64,000 bases of DNA from a virus (IMGVR_UViG_2724679293_000007:34885-98884), one strand, 5' to 3'; positions 20,580 through 30,265 are shown, counted from the first letter of the stretch. Notes: a model not told the origin generated them from the sequence alone. Numbers and translations are program-made.

Positions 20580-21191
20580 TCAAAGAGAAAAGCTAAAGCC
20601 CAGAAGGGAAGCCAAAGAACTTGAGGATTGGTTAAACGTGCTGTGCAATGCGAAGGTCATTGGGAATGACTTAAATTCAGTAACCTGATCTCGCGCATAG
20701 GTGACATCGCCGGTAGTGACCGGGAATACCGTCATCTCATTTTCCAGTTTGGTTAAACCGGAAGACAGTAACCGATAAATACGCACATTGAGCAAATATT
20801 TAGACGGTATATTCCCGGTACCGTCCGGATTGATCACCCGACTTTTTGCCGTCTTAAACCAGTCCAAAACGAGGCCATCAACGGTATCCCTGACCATCAT
20901 TGTTATCTGCCCAGGCGAACGCTCCGTTGGTTGAAGGATATTCCCTCCGCCGATTTTAATCGTTTCATATTCGATGCTGTAATCGTGGTAGGTAATATCT
21001 TTGGCAAAGAAGTCTGCCCCCTCCAGTCCATCAACTTCGACAGAGAACTGCCATCCTTGCGCGAACAACATTTTGTTCATGATGATTGACGTCAGCTTAC
21101 CAACTTCCCGCTCACCAACGCCGGAGCCAAATAATGTCGTCGTTAATGCCGAAGATACATAAGACTTTACTGATGCAACATTAAGTCCCAT
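20580..21191 (-). CDS. tail structural protein (possible tube)
   Basis: 203-aa ORF in the tail operon. Confidence 0.5.
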   Translation of the reverse strand: MGLNVASVKSYVSSALTTTLFGSGVGEREVGKLTSIIMNKMLFAQGWQFSVEVDGLEGADFFAKDITYHDYSIEYETIKIGGGNILQPTERSPGQITMMVRDTVDGLVLDWFKTAKSRVINPDGTGNIPSKYLLNVRIYRLLSSGLTKLENEMTVFPVTTGDVTYARDQVTEFKSFPMTFALHSTFNQSSSSLASLLGFSFSL

Positions 21192-21201
21192 ATCAACGAC
21201 C

Positions 21202-21808
<607 letters not shown>

Positions 21809-21921
21809 GTTGTCATTTGTTACCGGTCAGTCTACACATTTCAGATGCTGCGTTAAAAAACCCAAGTACTTCAAGTAGCACATCGTCATCAACACCCAGC
21901 CCCAAGATACGGTGATAAAAT

Positions 21922-22989
21922 TCAAGCCTTAAGAGGCTTTGTGTATGTTCGTGTAATCCATCCAGTAATAAACTCGTCCCCTGATTTAACCTGCACGAAA
22001 AGCCATTGGCGATCTTTTTTATCTAAAACAGCCACTATAGTATTTTTGCCAATGCATTCAATCACCTCACTATTTATAGAAGGACTGACGTGTAATCTTA
22101 CGTTCTCACCAGTTATAAAACGAAAACCATTGAGATCTTCCCAACTAATTTCTTTGTTTTCTTTAATTAATTGTTGTTTTGATATTGGTTTATCCTCAAA
22201 CAGAGATATAAAATATGATTCTGCCTTGTGTATTCCCAGCAAGGTTTTCTCTTTTCCGTAATCAATAAAAGCACCAAACACAACTTGAGAAAATATAACC
22301 ATTAGTAACCATTGCAGTGGATAAGGAAGCTCTTTAAATGAATCAACAAACTTTGAGCTAGGTTTATTTAATCCTTTATTTTGAACATTACTTTTGGTGT
22401 GTGATGTTTCAGTAGCACCTTCAGCATAAGCCTGCGCAATAGATGAAATCCCCTGCTCTATTATTTGATGTAATGAAGCATTTCTTGTTCTAGCATAGTG
22501 ATCTAGTACTTTCTTTATGTCTTGGCTTACATCTGTTTTATAACTTGCACTTTGTTGTAATTCTTTAAGTATCGCTTGCATGTTATTTAAACCAGCTTGC
22601 TTATTAAGCACCTCAAGCTGTTTTCGTAATGGCATAGCTATTTCGGCCTGTTTCCTTAGCATTTGAATATATCTATTTGCGTCATGAGGGAAAAGAGCCT
22701 GAGTCTGTTTCTGTAAAATCGCGATATGTTCACGATACTTGCTGCCTATTCCAGCCAAGTTCGGCATACTAGCCAATTGTTTTCGAAGAGAGTTACTAAT
22801 TACAGCTTGTCTATTCAATCTTGTCATATTTTGAAAAGAATGTTTTTCTATTCCTAATTGTTTTTGCAAGATCGCTACGTGATCTTTGTATGATGGAATG
22901 AGCACTGACTGTTTATACAGTAACTTCAACTCATTAGAATTAGTAATTTTTGTCATATTATTCCATTTATATAATAGAATATTACGCAA
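21922..22989 (-). CDS. accessory bitopic protein: N-terminal ~50-aa tandem repeats, one TM helix, C-terminal SH3b-like domain; TTG start in track, true start uncertain
   Basis: AT-rich; repeats HVAILQKQ...LRKQ twice; hydrophobic PLQWLLMVIFSQVVFGAFI; C-terminal SH3-like strand pattern. Confidence 0.65.
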   Translation of the reverse strand: MRNILLYKWNNMTKITNSNELKLLYKQSVLIPSYKDHVAILQKQLGIEKHSFQNMTRLNRQAVISNSLRKQLASMPNLAGIGSKYREHIAILQKQTQALFPHDANRYIQMLRKQAEIAMPLRKQLEVLNKQAGLNNMQAILKELQQSASYKTDVSQDIKKVLDHYARTRNASLHQIIEQGISSIAQAYAEGATETSHTKSNVQNKGLNKPSSKFVDSFKELPYPLQWLLMVIFSQVVFGAFIDYGKEKTLLGIHKAESYFISLFEDKPISKQQLIKENKEISWEDLNGFRFITGENVRLHVSPSINSEVIECIGKNTIVAVLDKKDRQWLFVQVKSGDEFITGWITRTYTKPLKA

Positions 22990-23030
22990 CCAATGTTTTA
23001 TTGATTGCGTTAATCTTTAACACAGAAAGA

Positions 23031-23507
23031 TCATTTGCCTCGTTTAATACATCCATCCATTTTGGCTTGTTGATACAACTTACTTAGCCCAGAAAGAGGG
23101 AATGTAGCAATTTTTTCATTATCAACATAAGCATCAATCATATTAGCATTTGAATCTGCTGCATCTTGCCAAAAGGCATACCACCAAGAATCTCCAACCA
23201 TTGATCCAAGATTGCTAAAAGGATATTGCTCACCATCTATAGTTAATACTATTTTATTCTTGTCAGCATTATACTCTTTTTTATTATTCGACGAACTTAG
23301 CAACAAGCCTAAACTACCTGCACTATCTGGTGAACCATACATGAATCCCATATCACATAAAAAACTTATCTTATCACCATTATGATTATGGATTGTATAT
23401 TCTCTCCCCCCTCTCTCTTCAATTACATTCCATTGTAGAGGATCAATTTTTGCAAATGTTCCTGCTGAAACTAACGATACAAATAATAAAAACCATCTCA
23501 TATTCAT
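23031..23507 (-). CDS. accessory secreted/periplasmic protein with signal peptide
   Basis: N-terminus MNMRWFLLFVSLVSAGTFA; two Cys; AT-rich. Confidence 0.7.
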   Translation of the reverse strand: MNMRWFLLFVSLVSAGTFAKIDPLQWNVIEERGGREYTIHNHNGDKISFLCDMGFMYGSPDSAGSLGLLLSSSNNKKEYNADKNKIVLTIDGEQYPFSNLGSMVGDSWWYAFWQDAADSNANMIDAYVDNEKIATFPLSGLSKLYQQAKMDGCIKRGK

Positions 23508-23529
23508 TCTTTTCGCTTCTTATCTGTAA

Positions 23530-23880
23530 TTATTCTGCAATATCATTTGCCCATTGCACGGCAGCAAAATGAGTACCCAAACCACTCAGGAAAGCAATTA
23601 CCCCCAAAACAATACTTGCTGCTGTTGATTCAAACAAAGTACCAATACTATAGCCAATAGCTCCCCATACTAAGCTAAATACAATCATCAATGGTATTGC
23701 CAGAAATTTTATTCTTAAACTAAAAATCAGTCCAAGAAAAGAACCGCCAAAGGCCCACCATGATTTAGACATTAAACCTATCAGTATTGACAGAATTCCT
23801 ATTTCAATAAAGAGAATATTAGATTGCTCTTCATTGAATTTCGCATTTGTTACACCTTTACGAACATGTTCAGATGACAT
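23530..23880 (-). CDS. accessory small polytopic inner-membrane protein (~4 TM)
   Basis: 116 aa with four hydrophobic helices; first gene of the three-gene cassette. Confidence 0.65.
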   Translation of the reverse strand: MSSEHVRKGVTNAKFNEEQSNILFIEIGILSILIGLMSKSWWAFGGSFLGLIFSLRIKFLAIPLMIVFSLVWGAIGYSIGTLFESTAASIVLGVIAFLSGLGTHFAAVQWANDIAE

Positions 23881-24027
23881 GATTAACTATCTCCTGCCAC
23901 AGATAAAACGCCTTAAAATAACATTTTGTAGCATAAAGTTTCACCATGCAATGGTCAAAATCTTTGACCCATATCAATTAAACTCATACATTTTAGTTAC
24001 CAGGGAAATAATTTACATGGTTGCAAG

Positions 24028-24044
24028 TTGCTCTAATTATTTTA
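24028..24044 (+). promoter_or_regulatory. C1-operator-like site at the head of immI (14/17 match to ATTGCTCTAATAAATTT)
   Basis: GTTGCTCTAATTATTTT in the intergenic region between the cassette and icd/ant. Confidence 0.45.
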
Positions 24045-24170
24045 TTTTTTTAGCTTCATATGCTACATTAACTTGCTTGCGTGCTAATGCATTTTCGGTT
24101 TATCCTAAACAGGCATCTTAGTAAAACGGATGCCGGGATTGGAACCCCGGATAATGCAAAAGGCGACACA

Positions 24171-24192
24171 GACGCCAAAAGCGTCTTTTTTT
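24171..24192 (+). terminator. rho-independent terminator/attenuator in the immI leader
   Basis: gacgccaaaagcgtc followed by TTTTTTT. Confidence 0.45.
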
Positions 24193-24199
24193 GTGTCAT

Positions 24200-24340
24200 G
24201 CCATCGCACAGCCATACGTAGCACATAGCTCCGAGATCAATGGTAGTGCTGGCTGGGCTGCCGAAAGGCAGGCCGGTTCCCTTTTGCGCCGGTAGTTCCA
24301 ACCCAGTCAGTGCTACCGCCATTGAGATTGGAACCTCACG
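24200..24340 (+). ncRNA. immI leader with c4-type antisense repressor RNA candidate
   Basis: Non-coding leader upstream of icd with mutually complementary segments (gtagtgctggctggg ... cccagtcagtgctac), as expected for the c4 RNA and its target sites; exact ends not determinable here. Confidence 0.35.
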
Positions 24341-24377
24341 CGGTAGCTCCTTAAATTAGCAAAAGGAGGCTGCCATT

Positions 24378-24599
24378 GTGGCTACTATCCCTACCCCTAC
24401 TCATCCTGAATTTATCTGGCGCTTTTACTCCTGCCAAAAACACCACTATCACTTCGTTATCGCAGCAACAGAAGACGAAGCACGCTCTCAATTGCCTGAT
24501 GGCCCCTGCATTTTTACTGCCCGTTTTTCAACTAACTCGCGCAATTCACTTAGTTACTGGAACCTCCCCTTCTCTGCCGACGTTCAGGGGGGTTTATGA
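24378..24599 (+). CDS. icd: Icd-like small protein overlapping the ant start (GTG start)
   Basis: 73-aa ORF with AAGGAGG RBS; stop overlaps the ant ATG. Confidence 0.55.
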   Translation: MATIPTPTHPEFIWRFYSCQKHHYHFVIAATEDEARSQLPDGPCIFTARFSTNSRNSLSYWNLPFSADVQGGL

Positions 24600-25639
24600 A
24601 AAAACCTCTCGTCACCCGGAATGAAATAGCCGAAGCGATCGCCCTGCATACTGCCTGTATGCCGACACGGGAGATCCCCGGCGCAATTGCCAACTATTTC
24701 ATGATAACCAAGCGTTTTTATACCCGGATAGATAAGGCTGTGATCAACAGGCTACTGATAGCCGAGATCAGGGATTATTTGATTGAACAAGGACGTCTAC
24801 GTTACGCAACAGTGGCAGCAGAAATGAGAAAGGAGGCACATAGAATGACCGGTAATAATTTGAATGTTGAAAAACCAGCACCTGTTGCTTCAGCTACGCC
24901 AGCACCAGCCGTGAATGTCATCCCCAACACCGGAGACACAATCGACAGCCAAACATTGTTGAAGATGGTCAATGAGGCACGCAAGTTATGTGGAGAACCA
25001 TTGGTTAGAAACAATAAATTCATCGAAAAAATACTCGACGAATTAGAAGGTGAGGACGGTTACACAAAAAGTGCAACCGTGCCGCCAGGTGGCGGTACGC
25101 CTATGGTTGTCATAACCATGACCTACAAACAAGCCCTGCGAGTTGCCGCGCGCGAGTCAAAAGCGGTCCGCCGTTCGCTGATCGACAAACTGGAAGAATT
25201 GCAGCAGGCAAACTCCCCTGCCCCATCGATCCCCCAAACATTACCAGAAGCCCTACGCCTGGCTGCCGAGTTAGCAGAACAGAAAATGCAGTTGGAACAA
25301 CAGCTGGTGGCCGCAGCCCCTAAAGTCGATTTTGCCGACCGGGTATCAGTGGCCAATGGAATCCTGATCGGGAACTTTGCAAAGGTCGTTGGACTTAAGC
25401 AAAACGCCCTTTTCTCATGGTTGCGCCAGAACGGCATTCTCATGGCTTTTGGTGCGCGCAAAAACGTACCGCGCCAGCAGTACATTAATGCCGGGTATTT
25501 CACGGTGAAAGAAGTGGTGCTGGATGATGAAAATGGCTACCAGATACGGCTGACGCCCCAATTAACGGGTAAAGGCCAGCAGTGGTTAACTCGCAAGCTA
25601 CTTGATGCTGGTTTGTTAAAACCAGTAGCAATAGGTTAA
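24596..25639 (+). CDS. ant1: antirepressor Ant (Ant1; C-terminal Ant/KilAC-type domain)
   Basis: 347 aa; C-terminal ~130 aa closely similar to the C-terminus of the downstream KilA-like protein. Confidence 0.75.
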   Translation: MKKPLVTRNEIAEAIALHTACMPTREIPGAIANYFMITKRFYTRIDKAVINRLLIAEIRDYLIEQGRLRYATVAAEMRKEAHRMTGNNLNVEKPAPVASATPAPAVNVIPNTGDTIDSQTLLKMVNEARKLCGEPLVRNNKFIEKILDELEGEDGYTKSATVPPGGGTPMVVITMTYKQALRVAARESKAVRRSLIDKLEELQQANSPAPSIPQTLPEALRLAAELAEQKMQLEQQLVAAAPKVDFADRVSVANGILIGNFAKVVGLKQNALFSWLRQNGILMAFGARKNVPRQQYINAGYFTVKEVVLDDENGYQIRLTPQLTGKGQQWLTRKLLDAGLLKPVAIG

Positions 25640-25716
25640 TAAAAGAAAAAACCTGCCAGCAAACTGGCAGGTTTCTGAGCAGATCGTCCAACCCGATCTG
25701 GATCGAGTTAGAAAAA

Positions 25717-25733
25717 TTTGCTCTAATAAATTT
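25717..25733 (+). promoter_or_regulatory. C1 operator (16/17 match) upstream of kilA-repL
   Basis: TTTGCTCTAATAAATTT about 70 nt upstream of the kilA start. Confidence 0.7.
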
Positions 25734-25802
25734 CGTTTTCTAAGTGCAAAGAATCACCATTTCGAGCTGGTGATTGAAGGTTGATGCAAATTTGGAGAAA
25801 AA

Positions 25803-26603
25803 ATGCAACAAACATTCAATGCGGATATGAATATATCAAACCTTCATCAAAATGTCGATCCTTCAACCACTCTGCCCGTTATTTGTGGTGTTGAAATTAC
25901 GACCGACCGCGCTGGCCGTTACAACCTTAATGCTCTACACAGAGCGAGCGGACTCGGTGCCCATAAAGCGCCAGCTCAATGGCTAAGAACGCTGTCAGCT
26001 AAACAGCTCATCGAAGAGCTTGAAAAAGAAACTATGCAGAATTGCATAGTTTCGTTCGAAGGCCGTGGCGGCGGCACTTTTGCCCATGAATTGCTCGCTG
26101 TGGAGTACGCAGGCTGGATTTCTCCCGCGTTTCGGCTGAAGGTAAACCAGACATTTATCGACTATCGAGCTGGAAGATTACAACCTGCTATTCCGCAGAG
26201 TCTCCCTGAAGCTCTCCGTTTGGCTGCCGACCTGGCAGAGCAAAAGCAACGGCTGGAGCAAAAAATGCTTATGGATGCACCTAAAGTCGAATTCGCCGAA
26301 CGCGTTGCTACCGCCAGCGGGGTTCTAATCGGCAACTATGCCAAAGTGCTCGGCCTGGGCCAAAACTATCTCTTCACCTGGTTGCGTGATAACGGAATTC
26401 TGATCGCAACCGGAGAACGCAGGAACGTCCCCAAACAAGAATACATCTCCCGTGGGTATTTCCCCCTTAAAGAAACCGTGATCGATACAAGCAATGGAAG
26501 CAGGATTTCTTTCACGACTCGTATAACCGGCAAAGGTCAGCAGTGGCTGATGAAGCGATTGCTTGATGCTGGTGTGCTGGTACCTGTCGCGGCAACGCGC
26601 TAA
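25803..26603 (+). CDS. kilA: KilA (KilA-N domain plus Ant-like C-terminal domain)
   Basis: 266 aa; N-terminal KilA-N-like region; C-terminal domain paralogous to Ant. Confidence 0.75.
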   Translation: MQQTFNADMNISNLHQNVDPSTTLPVICGVEITTDRAGRYNLNALHRASGLGAHKAPAQWLRTLSAKQLIEELEKETMQNCIVSFEGRGGGTFAHELLAVEYAGWISPAFRLKVNQTFIDYRAGRLQPAIPQSLPEALRLAADLAEQKQRLEQKMLMDAPKVEFAERVATASGVLIGNYAKVLGLGQNYLFTWLRDNGILIATGERRNVPKQEYISRGYFPLKETVIDTSNGSRISFTTRITGKGQQWLMKRLLDAGVLVPVAATR

Positions 26604-26632
26604 CAGACGTAGTAAGAACCACCAGCATTGTA

Positions 26633-27478
26633 ATGCTGGCTAAAGTCACTTTCCTGAGCTGTATAACGATGAGCGATTTTACTTTTTCTGGCTATGAATT
26701 GGCCTGCTTTGTAACACACTCCGGTCTATCCCGTAGCGCCGGGCATATCCTGTCGCAATGTGCAAATCTCGCGGCAACAACCAGTGAATACTTCATTCAC
26801 AAGCCTCACCGCCTGATCGCGGCAGAAACTGGTTATAGCCAATCAACCGTCGTTCGTGCATTCCGTGAAGCTGTAAACAAAGGAATCCTGTCTGTAGAGA
26901 TTGTTATCGGCGATCACCGTGAACGTCGCGCTAACCTGTACCGGTTTACACCATCCTTTTTGGCCTTCGCACAACAAGCCAAAAATGCGCTGATTGAAAG
27001 CAAATTAAAGATCTCTTCAGCGGCAACCAAGGTTAAAGCTGTTCTCGCTAAGACATTGGCTTTATTTAATTTTTTATCCACACCCCCATGTCAAAATGAT
27101 ACCCCCTCCCCCTGTCAGGATGACGTGGCAATAAAGAATAAGAAGTCACAAGTTAAAAAAACAAAAAGATCAGTTTCCGGCGGTGCCGGAACGAGCAGAC
27201 TCAAAAAATTGACTTCATGGATCGCTGAGGCAAAAGCAAAGGCTGACAATCTGCGGTTATCCAAAAAACGCGCTCAAAAACATGAGTTCAAGCAGAAAGT
27301 AGAGGCGGCAGCGCGGAAATATGCTTACCTGAAGAACAAGCGTTCTCCTGATATTTGCGGGATATCAAACTTCGATAATCTGCCGCATTGCATGACGGTA
27401 AACAAAGCTCTTAATGCGGTTTTAGCCAAAAATAAAGATAACGAACAATGGGGTATACCGGCAGGATTCAGAGGGTGA
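26633..27478 (+). CDS. repL: RepL-like lytic replication initiator
   Basis: 281 aa directly after kilA; N-terminal winged-helix-like segment; name by synteny and size. Confidence 0.65.
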   Translation: MLAKVTFLSCITMSDFTFSGYELACFVTHSGLSRSAGHILSQCANLAATTSEYFIHKPHRLIAAETGYSQSTVVRAFREAVNKGILSVEIVIGDHRERRANLYRFTPSFLAFAQQAKNALIESKLKISSAATKVKAVLAKTLALFNFLSTPPCQNDTPSPCQDDVAIKNKKSQVKKTKRSVSGGAGTSRLKKLTSWIAEAKAKADNLRLSKKRAQKHEFKQKVEAAARKYAYLKNKRSPDICGISNFDNLPHCMTVNKALNAVLAKNKDNEQWGIPAGFRG

Positions 27479-27528
27479 TAGATTGCTCTAATCTGGAGTC
27501 ACCTGGCGTTTTCAGTTTGAGGTCGGAG

Positions 27529-27774
27529 ATGCAATCTGATTTTTTACAGTTAGCGATCGCTTTTGCAGGATATGTTTGTATTGGCTTCTGTGTATACATG
27601 ATCAGCCGAAAAATGCTTGTCGATATCGACCGCAAAGAACGAGCAGAGGAGATCTTAGTATGGATTTTCTTTGGCGCGGTCTGGCCATTAGGGATCATGT
27701 TTGCTGCAACATTTCTTCTGATGTGGATATTCACCCTTCCAGGTGATTTCTATAGAAAAAAAGCCAGACATTGA
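27529..27774 (+). CDS. small two-TM membrane protein
   Basis: Internal ATG with GGAG RBS inside track ORF 27448..27774. Confidence 0.45.
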   Translation: MQSDFLQLAIAFAGYVCIGFCVYMISRKMLVDIDRKERAEEILVWIFFGAVWPLGIMFAATFLLMWIFTLPGDFYRKKARH

Positions 27775-27897
27775 TACAATCGTTGCGGGTGCTTGAGGCT
27801 ATCTGCTTCAGGCATGACCCGAAAAGCAGATAGAAGAAAGCCCCAGATAACATTACGCGTCCTGCAAGACGCTTAACATTAATCTGAGGCCATATCT

Positions 27898-28104
27898 ATG
27901 CTTAGCATACGTAGATTAGCCTCTTACCGACCAAAAGGTCAAGGAGAAGCAGGCTATGAAGCAGCAAAAAGCGATGTTAATCGCTCTGATCGTCATCTGT
28001 TTAACCGTCATTGTGACGGCACTGGTAACGAGGAAAGACCTCTGCGAGGTACGAATCCGAACCGGCCAGACGGAGGTCACTGTCTTCACAGCCTACGAAT
28101 CTGA
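27898..28104 (+). CDS. mok-like overlapping frame of the hok locus
   Basis: 68-aa ORF overlapping hok in another frame, as in hok/mok/sok loci. Confidence 0.4.
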   Translation: MLSIRRLASYRPKGQGEAGYEAAKSDVNRSDRHLFNRHCDGTGNEERPLRGTNPNRPDGGHCLHSLRI

Positions 28105-28111
28105 AAGGTAA
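27956..28111 (+). CDS. hok: Hok/Gef-family type I toxin (51 aa)
   Basis: Own translation MKQQKAMLIALIVICLTVIVTALVTRKDLCEVRIRTGQTEVTVFTAYESER matches the Hok/Gef signature (TM helix, LTRKxLCE(I/V)R, AYES); missed by the 60-aa track cutoff. Confidence 0.9.
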   Translation: MKQQKAMLIALIVICLTVIVTALVTRKDLCEVRIRTGQTEVTVFTAYESER

Positions 28112-28411
28112 GAGACCTGGCGGGGAGTGATCCCCGCCACTCTTCGTGTGTCTGGTAACCTCAATGCACCCTTTTCTCCCCAATAGTGTAAAACACAATG
28201 AAGTAGAAGGAGTTATTTCACATCATGCAAAGATTCAGACCATATCTCCCAATAGCCTTCGCGACATGATGACTTTCAGAAATATCTAGCTGTTAACAAA
28301 ATTCCATACTTGCTTTGCTAATACCACCTAGATTATATATGGAAAAATACACCTAAAACTTAAACAAATTATATCCACAACAAACATCCATCTATTAGGA
28401 TTAAAATTAAT

Positions 28412-28439
28412 TTAATAATAAATAATACAACACCGGTTC
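28412..28439 (-). terminator. rho-independent terminator of the MazG-like gene
   Basis: On the minus strand: caccggttt-N11-aaaccggtg followed by a T-rich tract. Confidence 0.5.
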
Positions 28440-28465
28440 ATTTTCTAACAAACCGGTGGGCACCA

Positions 28466-29458
28466 TTATTGGAATAACTTACTGATTACATTAAAAACAT
28501 TAAGGGCGTTACTTGCCACACTAGACATCTTGGCTGAATTTTTTTCGATTGAGTCAAGAACACTTTCGACTTCCGATAAAGTTCTTCTGCTATCTGCATC
28601 TTTTCCTGAGTCTATCGCATCTTTAATTGCAGATATAGCAGACTCTAAATTCTCCTTAAACTCACCTGTCGTCTCATCCTTCAAGAGAAGTTCTAACTCT
28701 TGTTTAAGTTTTTCCAATGATGCTCTTTTCTCATCAGTTTTACTAATCTTCCCTGAATAACTGACACAAACACATTCTCTTTTATTGCAGACAGGACAAC
28801 CATTTAGATAATAACTTTCAAACGCCTCGCCAAGATCATCATCTTTAAAAATAATCCCCCATAAAGAAAACAACCAAGCATATATATCAGCACACTCTTC
28901 ATGAAGATTTTCTTTGTTGTAATTTTTATCTTCAATTGATTTAGCATAAGCCTCTTGCAACTCACCCAACTCTTCGAATAACCTGGATGAATGATAAAAC
29001 CCACCAAAAGTAGACCAAATGGTTCTATTCGACGGATAGATATCATTAATCATTCGTGGCGCATAAGGCGGAAATTGCATAGGTTTAATAGCGTTATATT
29101 TATTGAAAAGCTCATCTTTAATTCCTTTTGCGCTTCTTATTTTCTCTGGCTTTCTGTGTGTTTGAGAACAGGAACAAGGCGCCCCTAAGCAATAAGGACA
29201 GCAACTAGGGAATTTTTTATAAAATGCTTCCTGTGGTTGTATTTCAAGTTTATCACAGATTGCAAAAAGCCAAGACAATGCTTCTATATAGGTATTTTTT
29301 AATAATTCTTTATCCTGATTACCATCACGAATAAACTCACGTGTTAAATAAGCTGTTTTCCTTGTCAGATAAGAGTACATATACTCAAATGATTTTTCTT
29401 CATTTTTTTTGCTGTAAATACCTACAATAATATTGCTCATATCATTGATACGTAACAT
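28466..29458 (-). CDS. tandem MazG-like (all-alpha NTP pyrophosphohydrolase-like) protein with two Cys clusters and acidic coiled-coil C-terminus
   Basis: Start at internal ATG with AAGAGGA RBS; second module has the EExxE...EExxD signature (FEELGELQEAY...HEECADIYAWLF); both modules end in CPxC...CxC; AT-rich with its own terminator. Confidence 0.7.
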   Translation of the reverse strand: MLRINDMSNIIVGIYSKKNEEKSFEYMYSYLTRKTAYLTREFIRDGNQDKELLKNTYIEALSWLFAICDKLEIQPQEAFYKKFPSCCPYCLGAPCSCSQTHRKPEKIRSAKGIKDELFNKYNAIKPMQFPPYAPRMINDIYPSNRTIWSTFGGFYHSSRLFEELGELQEAYAKSIEDKNYNKENLHEECADIYAWLFSLWGIIFKDDDLGEAFESYYLNGCPVCNKRECVCVSYSGKISKTDEKRASLEKLKQELELLLKDETTGEFKENLESAISAIKDAIDSGKDADSRRTLSEVESVLDSIEKNSAKMSSVASNALNVFNVISKLFQ

Positions 29459-29755
29459 GACATTCCTCTTAAATAAGCCAATACTTCCTAGAACCATATA
29501 TGCTTCGACAAAGATTAACGGACATCTTGCCTTCACAAACTTTGACGCTACATAAATTTAACCATGTGCATACTAAATATTTAAGGTAGAAAAGTATAGG
29601 AGTATTTATTAATAGGTAACTGTTAGTTTACACTCACTTCATACCAGAGTATTTACAAGATGTTATTTTACTCTATTCGCTAGGCGGTGGAATGCGGTTG
29701 TATCAAGGGGAGGTAAACCTCCCCCGAAGAAGATTAAAAGTACAAGGGATAACAC

Positions 29756-30265
29756 TTAATCCCACTCAATCCAGTTGTAGACGATACGAAGTGACGGGCG
29801 CACAGCGGCAGTCACATCTTCGGTACTAAAGTCGATTGCATCACTGTAGATTTTGCAGTCCAACATTTCAATTGTTGTAGCAGCTTTTGTCACAGCGTTA
29901 ACCCCGGAAGATTTGGATTCAGGGGTAGCAGCCATCGTGATATCAACATAGTCCTTCGCCGCAATGCGATCTTTAATGAACTGAAGAATATCGCCTTCGA
30001 TAGTCTCCACGCACTGGACCTGGATTTCCCCAGAGTTTCGAATTGGACCGTGCTGATTGAACTTCACACCATTCGGACCATAGTCCTCCACATCCTCGCG
30101 GGTCATTTCAGGAATTTGCGACGTGCGAACCAGTACGCTGATATCTTCATGGCCTGCAAAAGTGAGCTGGAATTCAGAAGATACCAGTCGTTCGCCTTTG
30201 GCCGCGTTGGCAGTATAGCGGCCCTTAATAAATTTACGGTTTCCCTTAGTGTTATTGTGCCCCAT
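29756..30265 (-). CDS. tail structural protein (tube-like)
   Basis: 169-aa ORF at the start of the minus-strand virion block. Confidence 0.5.
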   Translation of the reverse strand: MGHNNTKGNRKFIKGRYTANAAKGERLVSSEFQLTFAGHEDISVLVRTSQIPEMTREDVEDYGPNGVKFNQHGPIRNSGEIQVQCVETIEGDILQFIKDRIAAKDYVDITMAATPESKSSGVNAVTKAATTIEMLDCKIYSDAIDFSTEDVTAAVRPSLRIVYNWIEWD

